64,000 bases of DNA, from assembly GCA_002104905.1 (NCBI GenBank), contig MCFE01000109.1, positions 62,001 through 126,000 on the forward strand, given 5' to 3'. The translations under genes were made by a program, and so were the position numbers. Source of the DNA: Basidiobolus meristosporus CBS 931.73 (taxonomy: Eukaryota > Fungi > Basidiobolomycota). Under the pieces are notes generated by a model, which saw nothing but the letters and a program-made list of their open reading frames with translations, did not search any database and was not told the origin of the DNA. Each line of letters starts with the position of its first letter. Within the stretch, counting starts at the first letter, position 1. This document shows, one piece after another, positions 46,290 to 57,255 of the stretch.

Positions 46290-49200
46290 ATAAAGCAAGG
46301 AAAGCACTATTCTGAGCAACATAAGTAAGATTGAGTAAAATTACCAGTAACTGTATCATACCACTGGCATCATGGTAGAAATTATAGTGCCAGATAGTGC
46401 CGTAGAGTGCCAGATTGATCCGGCACTGTAAACCGGCTGGCACTATGTGGCACTATCCAACGGAACAAGTCTAGTGACTCCATTAAGTTGGTCCAAAAGC
46501 TCATCAATCTGAGGTATGGGTACTTATTCTTGACGGTAACTGAGTTCAGGGCGTGTAGTCAATGCACATCCTAAGTGTTCCATCTTTCTTTTTCACAAAA
46601 AGCACTGGTGCTCCCCAGGGTGATTTGCTGGGCCTGATGTACCCTTGCTCCAATAGCTGATCAATTTGTCTCTTCATTTCCTCCTATTCCAATGGACCCA
46701 TTCTGTAAGGTGTCTTGCTCACCGGAGGGCTATCTCCTGTGTCAATGGCATGATCCACATCTCTGACTGGTGGTAGGCTTACAAGCTCATCTGGAAACAC
46801 ATCTGAATATTTCTTCATGAGAGTCTGGACATGCTGGGGTGCTGGGGTAGAGGTATCCTCCTGTAAAACCGCCATGAGGAACATCTGAGTTCCTTTTCTA
46901 AGCGCTCTACAGAACTAGGTCTTGCTAAGTTCACTTGTCTCACACACACTGGAATTGACCAAGTTGAAATCCAGCCTGGCAGGCAATACCTAATATGTCT
47001 TGTAGTCTTTTTTGGATCTGAGTAGCATGTGTTCTCCAGTTGATTGATGGATTACAACAAAATAGCCAGGCTTTTCCAAGTACAAGGTCAAACTTGCAGT
47101 TCCCAAGTATATAAGCCTGTAGGTCTTCTTCATAGTGATTGATCTTCATTCTTGCTGGCTGGGTAATACGGTTGATTATGTGAGAGTTCCCATCAGCTGT
47201 GGAGACTGAAGTTGATTTGGTAGGTTCCAAGTTGATTCCAGCTTTCAGAGCAGATTGCTCTGACATGTACTCATGCAATGCTCCTGAGTCAATCATGATC
47301 ATGGCAGGTACTCCATAAATTACTCCAATCAAGTATAATAGCTTTCCTGAGTTTGAGGTCATCTGGGATAGGTATTCTTCTGTCATGTGGAAGGTGAGTT
47401 CTGAGTCTTCTTCAAGCTCATCTTCCACATTGCTGTGTTCATGGGACTCAATATGGTTGAAGGTTCTTGTTGGCTGGTGTCCAATTCTTCTCTAAGGGCA
47501 GTACTTTGCAATATGTCACTGCTGGTGGCAATTGAGGCAAAGTCCTTTCTTCTTGCATTCTTCTGAGGTAGAATTCTTCTGCATAGCATCTATTTCCATT
47601 GGTACTGCTACTGACTGTCTTCTTTCATAATGATTGTAGCCTTTCTGATTAGTCACTGTAGGCTTCACAACTCCAAACATAGCTGAGTCATAGTCAATTG
47701 CAATCTTGATGGCTTCTTCAATAGTCTGAGGTCTTTGGTAATTCACTTCCTTGCAAGTTCTTTCTTTCAACCCATCAATACAGTATTCAACTTGATCCAA
47801 GGGGTCCATTCTTTCAATTTGTCCAAGTAGACATCTGTACTCATAGATGTATTCTGCCAGGTAAGAAGCTGAATCATGCAACTTGCTTTCTGAAGCAATT
47901 CCCTCAGCCTTAAATGCTTCTTCAATCTGAAAGAGCAAAGTTTCCAGGTTTTCAATGACTCTGCCATGGTACCGGTTGACCTTCACACTAAAGTTGCTCT
48001 TGATATGGCTTTGCTGGCTCTGAGCCATGGTAGTCATTCCTTGTTGCTGTTGGTTTAGGATCTGGAGTAGCTGTTGCTGTTGGGCAAGGATTTGCTGCAT
48101 GGCATTCTTCCATTCTTAATTGTCCGACATCTTGAGGGTGGTTCTTGTTTCTTCAGGAGGGAGGTTTCTGGTTTTTGCTGCTACCAATGTTACAAGTCTT
48201 GGTATAAGAGTTGTAGAGGAATAGGGAGTTTAGCTAGTATTGTATTCACTAAAACTTGGACTAATTGATTTGACTAAAAACTGATCTTACTTAAATATTC
48301 AAGCAGCAGATCATAACAAGCATCTTCAAACTAGATATGAAACAAAACCTACTACCTTAATCTGGAAGCCTTACCATATAAGGCTTGTAATCCTAACTTG
48401 ACTTCATGTTGTAGCAGCTTTGACTCAAAGAGTTGACTGGTAAGGAGCTTGTATGGCTCATGTTGAGGTATATTATTTTACAGCTGAATTAACTGGTTTT
48501 TCCACTTTGTTGATACAATAATGCTGGATAAATAGGTGCTATGCTCTAGCATTATGGGAGGAAATCATTGCCAGAGATATAGGCCCCCATCTACTTATAT
48601 AATTACTACTACAGTAGGATGGCTATAAACCCTATGAAGAATTAATGCAATGATCCTGTGGAAAGGCTGTCATAGAGCTAAAATCTCATGACTAAGAGGT
48701 ATTGATCCCATTGGGGCATGATGTAATGACCATTGGAGCAAAAATTTCACCCAAGATTTCTCAAGAAACCTGGTAAGAAGTTTCATCCATCAATACATTA
48801 GTGGCTTCTCCTTGTCTTCCTGGCAATTCTCTCACTCTCTGTTACCAGACACTCCATCATATCCTATGCTTGTATGCATTACTTGGCTATTGTCACTTTT
48901 TCACCCTCCTCACTTCCAGACTCCACAATGCAATAACTTTTCATGCATACAAGTTGGTTTATTTTGGTTTAAACTTCAGTTGTGCCTCAATTAGCAATTA
49001 TAATAATAGGTACAAGTCCCAATACCCAATACTGACATTATGTCGTACACCATGCTCAGTTGGTAACTCTGCAGATATACAGCACTAATAAGTATTTATG
49101 CTATAAAAGTCTTTTTCTGTGTCTATGGGAAGATTGGTATGGCTTTATGCCCTTTTTTAATCACTGATACCCATACATCCTGGTCTTCACCTGGCACTTC

Positions 49201-50455
49201 ATAGTCAATCATCTTATCTGCCAGTTTTTGCAATAAATCCTTGTAATATTCAAGTGTGTTTTCCTGAGAACTGCTCTAGAAGAAGTGCTGCAGCCTCTGG
49301 GTGCACCTATTGATGCTGCAAAACTCCATTTTAGGCACTGGAATAGTCTTTTGGGATGTTGGCATTGTTTCTTTGTCTGGCAGTGAGATCTCCACTCTAT
49401 CCACAATGAAGAAATTGGAGACAGTGACAGACAAACAGCCTTTCACTGTAAGCTCATCTACCTCACTGAAGTGCAGCTCAACTGGATGTACTTCACTCTT
49501 GTGAGCAGAGCAGCTTTATTGTTGGTAACTCTTGGTGGCAATTATGGGATGCAACCCATTCTAGGCTGATAGCACTACTTGCTGAGAGTTGCAGCATTTT
49601 GCACATTTCTTTGTCACTGGCTTGGGGATACTTTCTTTTCAGTGTCTTTACTTTTATCACTACAAGGTTTTACACTGCTACTTTGCCCAAGTGCTTCTTG
49701 TATTGTTCTACATTTTCCCTTTGATAAATGCTGCATTTGTGCATCTGTTTCTGCCTGCTTGCTGCTTGCTGGCACCTTCCTGGCCACCAGACTTTGTTGC
49801 CTTCTTCTATAGAGCTTTGAGCCCCGCTTGTAACAGACTATTGTGAGTGTCATAGGCTTATCACTATCAGGTCCTTTTCTACTACTTTGAATGAGTGCTT
49901 ATTGTACTGGACCAAGTTTTCTTCTTGATAAATGCTGCACTGAGAAAATTGTCTGCTTGCTTGTCCCCTTTCTGGCAATCATCTGTCTACCTAACTTTTT
50001 TTCCACTTGTTTGGAGCTTTCAGCCTTGCTTGTAATGAGCTCTTAAAGAAGCTGTTGGTTTTTTGCTGTGGCACTCCTGTTCATGTGCCTTGTATAGTTT
50101 CTGCTATTCCTGAGCTACTTTCTTAGCATAACAGAGCTGACCCAAGATCTGTTTGCCTGCTTGAATCTAGGATAATAGTAATGGAACCAATCAAGCACAT
50201 TTGGCTTGACCTTGAGCTCCTGATGGTCCATAGTATGCTGGCCTTATGGTATTGCTGTGCTAGACTTGTGATAGCCCTTTGAATATCAGCCAACCCCTCA
50301 TCATTGTACTCAGCGGCTTGACAGATCTTGAGTGTTTTTTGATTTTTGGGCTTGAGTGTAATAGCTACAGTCTCTCCCTCCCATGATGTAATAGAATTGT
50401 CTCTTGGCTTCATCTTCAGGCATTGTTATTGCGCTTCAAAGACTTTAAGGTGATC

Positions 50456-51880
50456 TGTAGTAATGCAAAGTATTCTATTAGTACAATAGACTTGTTCCAT
50501 CATTCCAGCTGATCATAGTGCCCAATAGTGCCATGACATGCTAGATGGTGCCTGATCATGCCACAGTGTGCCAGATGGTGCCATACAGTGCCAATTTGGG
50601 ATCTAAATTGGCATGCATATGACGCTAAAATACTAAATTAATAGCAAATATACAGCAATTTCTGGCACTATGATCAATGGCACAATGGAACAAGTCTAAT
50701 ATCTCAAAACCAATATTGCACTCATTTCTTTATTTTGCTTTTGCTATTGTAATACACAGGTGAAAGATAGAGAATTTACAACTTTGAAGGACAAACACTC
50801 CAGACTCTGAGAAGCAATCAACCCAATAATATTATGTCATACAGAACACGCAGTAGCCAACACATACTTCAAATTGCAGCTCACTTGAAGCATTACTTAA
50901 GGAGTTATGACCAAAAGAGTCCAATTATTATATATACTAGGACTCAATTGCTAGAATAACTATGGTGACTTTGATTGCATGTAACTTTTGAGTTAGCCAA
51001 TCAAATCACATGAGATCTTCACAGGTGCGGCGCCTATGTCTAATCTGCACCACAGCAGGATTTTAGCGTTGCATCATGTGTATTGCCTGTGCAACCACCC
51101 AAAAACTTGGATCCTTCAGAAATTTCATATATATGACCTCTCCAGCTAATAATTAAAAAGAGAGCCTCTCTTTCCAGAATCTCCACACTACAATTACAAG
51201 CTTAAATGTTATAGGACATCCCCTGCATCACTTGCACTGTTGAGTATTCTGACTTTGATTGGTACTACATCAGTAAAGAGACTGCAAAGCTCACAAGAAT
51301 CCAATCTAAGTACTATATGAAATGACCACTTTTCTGCTGGAAAAGTCCGCTCTAAGAAACCCCTCTACTCTGATGACACTCCTTTAGGCACCCCTTTAGA
51401 GACCCTATTAAGAAACGCCTTTATTCTAAAGAAGCCCTTTTAGGCACCCCTTTAGTGTAAAGTTCACTTTAGAGACCACTACAATAAGCCCCTTTACTCC
51501 AAAGACACCCCTTTAGGTCTAAAGACCGCTTTAGGGACTTCTACTACACACCCCTTTAGGTTAAAGTGGAGTTCAGAACTTCCATATTGAGAATTATTAT
51601 CTCAGAAAGGAAAGTGACTTCCAAATAGGGAAAAGTTTCTATAAAAGTAAATAAGCCTATTGGTTGACAGAAGATCAGAACACTGCTGTAGCAGTGAGAA
51701 GCACTGCCTATAATGTATATTGAGCCTAAGATTGAGGATTTAGTTAAAGTTTTATCTTGTATCAGTATATCAAACTTCTGATAAACTATTTGGTATTAGC
51801 ATACTGGAAGTTTTTTTATATTGTTGATTAGCACCTACATTGTGGAACCAGCCCCAAACTAGTCATAATATCACACAATA
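50456..51880 (-). mobile_element. LTR-B solo LTR, copy 2, carrying a 210-bp MITE
   Basis: Reverse-complement homologue of 36590-37832, TSD GATC (50452-50455, 51881-51884), CCCCTTTA array retained. Confidence 0.87.
50488..50697. mobile_element. 210-bp MITE of the PHIS/Pangu-like family
   Basis: TIR AGACTTGTTCCAT, TSD AAT (50485-50487, 50698-50700). The empty-site sequence TACAATATCTC is seen in the LTR-B copy near 55405. Confidence 0.92.
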
Positions 51881-52699
51881 GATCATCTAGTTTTACATTA
51901 GGAATTGGTTCAATTAATGGCTGTGTCATTGAGATACTTGAGTTCCTTCTTTGCAGCCTAAAATCTATATTTCCTACCAGTGATATTGTTTGCTCTACAC
52001 ATATTATCCACTCATCCTGTCTCTGGACTATTTCCAGATTTCTCTGGGCATCACTTCTATCTTATTAGCAACAGCACCTAATTGCCTCATTAATACTTTG
52101 GTATAATCTGACAACATACTTGCTAATATTGGCAGTGGTATTGTTATGTAGGTCATATACAGGTCTCCCACCAAAGGTACTGTATTTGCTACATGCTCAT
52201 CTGCCTGATCATTATGATGAGCTTGAGGCTCCTCAGAGGTTCTTGGTTGCCTTCTCAACTGGGAGTGAGAGATTTCTTATCATATCCTGAGGTAGGCATG
52301 CTGTCAACATAGCCTTTTCTAGATGTAGCCCTGCTTGTTGCACTGAATGTCATAGTAAGCTGTTATTGAGCCAATCCTCTGTAGCTGTTAGCAGTGCTGC
52401 CTGTTAGGGAGCCAGAATACTTTGCATTATTTTGTGGTGGTAAGCATAAGGAAGGGAGCAAACTAAATGGGAAATTGAATATGTATACATATGCAAGCAG
52501 GGCCACTACTTTATTTATACTGCTTACTCTGGTAGGTCATCATCAAGTCTTGCATTCAGGTAGGTGTGATATCTCAAATACAAGTCTGTATTTTGTTGAC
52601 ATGAGTGTAGACAAAAAAGTGAAATTGTGGCATTATATTAGCTATTATTAGTCTGTCTGTCCATAGTCAATACTACTTTGACTCAACCCCATAAGAAAT

Positions 52700-55379
52700 T
52701 GGAAAAACAACCAAGTGGCTATTGCAAAAAGGTACTCAATCATGAACCATGCAGACAGCATAAAAAGTATTACTTGAATCATGGCCAGTGTATTGCCACA
52801 AAAGTTGCATATTAGCATTCATCAGTCACTTCTGCACTAACAGTACTTTGCTGGTCACTTGACATCTCTGTAATAGCACCCAGTCATACTTATGACCTTG
52901 CACAATCCAATTTGGGAGAGTTTGTGATGCCTTTTGGCTCACCTCAGCAATTGAAATATGGGCTGTAGAGCAATAGACCTGAAGAAGAAGGCTCATTGCT
53001 GAATGGTAAGCCTATCTCCCGTTACAACAGCACTCTGTGTGAACCCAGCAAAATTCCAGTACACAAAGCAATAGCACCCATGGATTAATGCCAAGAACAC
53101 TCTACCAAGCCAAGTGTGCTAAGTAATCTATGTTTGGTCTAATGATGCAATGCAGTTTTTAGATCAGTGGTGTACCTCTACCAATATCAGTAGTGGGGCA
53201 TTGAGGTTTTACTGCTACTTCTTGCCAAAATTGTTTGGGGATGCAGCTCACCATGTAATTGATAGAAGCAAAAACTTTCATGTAGCTGGCTGCATATGAC
53301 CCAGAGACTGATCTGATACCAGCATATGTTAGCATCTGCATGCCATTCACATCAGAAAATGCCACCATTGCAAGGTGTTCAGCTGGTCAAGAATCCACCA
53401 CCATAAGAGGAAAATATTGCTTGCACTCCAGATATATTCCAGTACCACTGCATCTAGAGAAGCTCATGCAGTCTGACAAATATTGTGAAGCTATAAACCC
53501 TATGAAAATAACTGTAATGATCCCATCAAAAGGCTTTCAACAAATGAAAGTCCCATGACTTGGTGGTATTGGTCTCATTAGAACACTATATAAATATCAT
53601 TAAGAGAAATTTCTCAGCACATTCTGCAAAAAACATGGCCAAAATGTTTTATCACAGCAATATATAAGTGGCTTTTGATTGGTTCTTGGCCAATTCTCTC
53701 TCTTTCTGATCCTAGACACTTAATCACCTCCTAATTTTGTGTACATTGATTGGCTATTACCCTTTTTCACACATTTTACTTCCTGACTCAACCAATACTC
53801 TAACCTTTCATTCATACAAACTGGCTTATATCCATTGAAACTTCAGTTGTAACTCAATTCCCAGTTGCATGACCTGTACAAGTCCTTTCACCCAATATTG
53901 ACATTAAGCCCAACTCCACTCTCAATAAGGTACTCCATTTATATCTACCATTCAATAAATACCTCTGCTGTAACACCCATCTTCTATTACCTTTGCAGAA
54001 ACCTAACAACCATATGCCATTTTTTATTATCTGCTTACCATAGGTCCTGTTCTTCAGCCAGCACTGCAAGGTCTAACTTGTCATCTGCCAGTCTATGCAA
54101 TAGTATTTGTAATATTCAAGCTTGTTTTGTTGACCACTGCTCTTGAAGAAGTTTTACAACCTCTTGGTGCACCAATGAATGTTCCAAAATTTTATTGCAG
54201 GCATTATGATCATCTTTGAGCTCATGACCTTGTTGCTCTGTCTGTGAGTAGGATCTCCACTCTGTCTACAATGGAGGATGTGGAGGAACTGGTAGTCATT
54301 TTCCCTTTCCTTGCTAGCTCATATACCTTACAGGAGTGTAGCTTAACTGGCTGCACTTTCAACTCTTAGGAAAGCAGAAGTGGTCTTGCTGGTAATTCTT
54401 CTTAGCTATTATTGGACTCAGCATGTTCTGGGCTGATGTTATAACTGGCAAGAACTGCAGCTTTTTCTCACACTTCCTTGTCTAGAGCTTGATTAAACAC
54501 TTTTCACTTTACCTTCTCCTCCAGCACTGCCAGGTCTTTCACTGCTAACATAAAGGAGTATCTCTTAACTGAGGCTGCACTGGTTTCTCAACAAATCCTC
54601 ACTGTTGCATGCATTTCTACCTGGTTGCCCCTTATTTTCATTGGTCTGGCTACCTGACATATCTTTGCCACTTGCTTAGAGCAACTGGCACTGCTTGTAA
54701 CAGGTACTTGCAGAAGCTTTTGGCTTTTAGCTGTGTCACCCTTGTTCTTCTGCTTTTGATAGTTTCTACTATTGTTGCAATACCATATTAGCATACCAGT
54801 GCTAGCCCAAAATCAGTTAGCTTGTCTGAGTCCGATATAATGCCATGGAGCAGGTCAAGCCTGTTTTGCATGACCTTGAGTTCCTGATAGTCCCATAGTA
54901 TGCTGGCCTTGCGGTAATGCCATGTCAGCTTTCTTACAGCCTCCTTATTATTAGACAACTCTTAAGCGTTGCACTTGGTAGCTTTGCTGATCTTCAATGT
55001 CTTTGCATTCTTTAGCTCTGGTATAAATACTACTGTCTCTTCCTCCTGTACTATGATAAGCTTTTCTGTGCACTTCATATTTGGGCACTGGCATGGTGCT
55101 TCAAAGACTTTACAGAGTTCTGCTGCTGTTACTTTGGGAAGTAGCTAAACTCTTGTCTGTGACAGTGAGCTACTTGAGTTCCTCCTTTAAAGCTACAATC
55201 TGGTACTTGCTACTGAAATACTGCTTGCTTTACACATATTATCCATTCATCCTACTGCTGGAAAACTTCCTGACCTTTCTGGGCAATGACATCTACTCTA
55301 CAAGCCACTGTACCTAATTGCCTCATTAATGCTTCTGTATTAGCTAAAAGCATACATGCAAGTACTGGTTTTGTTTATG
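52700..55379 (-). repeat. Repeat family X copy 3, followed on the minus strand by a possible Mutator-like transposase remnant (about 52700-53560)
   Basis: Homology to copy 2. Motifs LMVVDS and TTDLKTALH...CSWH have MULE-like D-to-CxxH spacing but are frameshifted. Confidence 0.4.
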
Positions 55380-56022
55380 TGTGGCAATGGAATGTATTCC
55401 ACTTCTACAATATCTCAAAACCAATATTTCACTCAATTATTGATTTGCCTTTTGGTATTGTAACATAAATCAATGATTAGGAATTTTTAACTTCAGAGGA
55501 GAAAAGCTCAAAGGCCTGACAAGCAATCCAGGCACAAAAATTATATCATGCTACACACCCAATAGCTAACAGATGCTTCAATTCACAGCTCAATTGAGTT
55601 ATCATCAAAACCATATATACTAGGCCTCTATTGCTAAGACTACTATGGTGACTGCAGTCACATGTAACTTTAGAACTAGCTGGTCAAATCATGTGAGGTT
55701 CTCACCAGTGCTGCACCTATATCTGATCTCCACTACTGCAAGATTTAGCTTTGTATTATGTATTGCTTATGTATTTGCCCAGAAACTTTGATCCTCAAGC
55801 GCTTTAATATATTTATCTTCCCTAGCTGAAAATGAAAGAGTGCTTCTCTGTCCCAAATCTCCATACTTTAATTACAAGCTTGAAAGTTATAAGACTTCCC
55901 CTGCAATACATACACTGTTGAGTATTCTGACTTTGATTAAGACTACCTCAGTAAAGAGACTGCACAGCTCATAAGACACTAGCCATAGTTCTACAAGAGA
56001 ACTACTACTTTTCTGTTGGAAG
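55380..56022 (-). mobile_element. LTR-B copy 3, truncated
   Basis: Starts TGTGGCAATGG and is homologous to the reverse complement of 37160-37832. Ends at the next gypsy LTR. Confidence 0.75.
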
Positions 56023-56031
56023 AGTTGCAAT

Positions 56032-57255
56032 AATCTGATGCTTAAATGTTTGAGTTAGATTGGTCTTGGTTAAATAAGTTAGTGATATGTTTAGCCTGTC
56101 AGTATATCAGCTATATCTTTCAAATCAGTAGTATTAGTTGGTAGATGAATCAGCAGATCCTTTTCAGACAGAAACAGATATATTAGACTTGATCCATTGT
56201 GTAGTATAACATTGAGCCACAAGTGCCAGATTATGCCATAGGTGCCAGAAAGGCCAAGTATAGTTGCTTTAGCCACATAGTGTGATACATAGTTCTACAT
56301 CAACATGCAAAGCAGCCCCTATTTTTCACCTACTGTGCAGGTGAAAATCTACTTTTGGGCCTTTTTTTGTGGATCAATGTAGCTCAGGATGTGTAAGAGC
56401 ACAGGAGAACTGAAGATATGCATCTAGTACTCAATACCCATGGCACTCTGAATCTAGCTCCTGTAGCTTGTATCCTGTCACAAAAATGCATGGCACTATC
56501 TTGGTCCACTGGTACTATCTGGCACTATATTTAAATATTAGCCCTAAAGTAAGATCTATACAAAGCACTTATAGTGCCAGATAGTACCAGTGGACCAAGA
56601 TAGTGCCATGCATTTTTGTGACAGGATACAAGCTACAGGAGCTAGATTTGGAGTGCCAAGGGTATTGAGTACCAGATGCATATCTTCAATCTGCTTGTGC
56701 TCTAACACATCCTGCACAACATTGATCCAAAAAAAAGGTCAAAAAATGGATTTTCTCCAACACAATGATTGAAACACAGGGGCTGCTTTGCATGAGGATG
56801 CAGAGCTATGTTTCACACTCTGTGGCCAGGTAGAGGCTCACTTGGCCTCTCTGGCCTGCTATGGCATCATTTGGCACTCATGGCTCAATGTGGCACTATC
56901 CAACGGAACAAGTCCATTAGCCACAGCTTACACTACAAAATACAACTAGTCAGCAATTGATGTGGCTAAATATATAAGGAACTGCTGGAACCTCAATAAA
57001 CATTAGTTGAAGTTTTAATGAATACAAAACTAGCTAAACTCTGCATTTGACCTCTTATATTGACACTTGAAACATTGGTAGCAGCAACAACCCAAAACCT
57101 CCTTGCAGAAGAAAGAAGAAGCCTCCCTCAAGATTTCTGAAAATTAGAAATGGAAGAGTGCTTTGCAGCAAGTTCTGCCCCAACAGCTACAGCTACCCTA
57201 GATTCTCAACCAGCTGCAACAAGGAATGACTATCATGGCCCAGAACCAGCAACGC
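56032..57255 (+). mobile_element. Degenerate family A 5' LTR (to 57074), PBS and gag start
   Basis: LTR homology on both sides of the MITE, TTGGTAGCAGC at 57075 and gag QQLQLP-like codons. Confidence 0.8.
56185..56915. mobile_element. Foldback MITE copy 2 (731 bp)
   Basis: AGACTTGATCC...GGAACAAGTCC termini, ATT on both flanks, same spacer as 4732-5463. Confidence 0.88.

Larger units (their letters stand above)
43091..46472 (+). mobile_element. Autonomous-looking PIF/Harbinger-superfamily (PHIS, Pangu-like) DNA transposon, 3382 bp
   Basis: TIR AGACTTGTTCC/GGAACAAGTCT, TSD AGT (43088-43090, 46473-46475). Excision restores the gypsy RT sequence GAAAATAGTG(G/A)CTCCATT. Two intact divergent ORFs. 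Confidence 0.95.
34580..48318 (-). mobile_element. Family A copy with two 131-bp mini-LTRs (34580-34710, 48188-48318), hosting two later insertions
   Basis: Both LTRs carry the same 237-bp deletion. PPT is at 34711 and PBS at 48177-48187. Internal pieces 34711-34818, 41008-43090 and 46476-48187 join seamlessly once the inserts are removed. Flanks share only AGC. Confidence 0.9.
33750..48700 (-). mobile_element. Ty1/copia RT remnant (33750-34579 plus 48319-48700) split by the nested insertion stack
   Basis: The right flank translates LQALYGKAS (copia LYGLKQA-like) and GFVSY..RC. The left flank continues with SSLLCII..HRD (GSLMY..TRPD-like). Confidence 0.45.
48790..52400 (-). repeat. Unclassified repeat family X, copy 2 (split by LTR-B)
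   Basis: Homologous to 53690-55379, e.g. the GACCTTGAG(C/T)TCCTGAT..CCATAGTATGCTGGCCTT and CCTAATTGCCTCATTAAT blocks. Remnant long reading frames on the minus strand. Confidence 0.5.
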
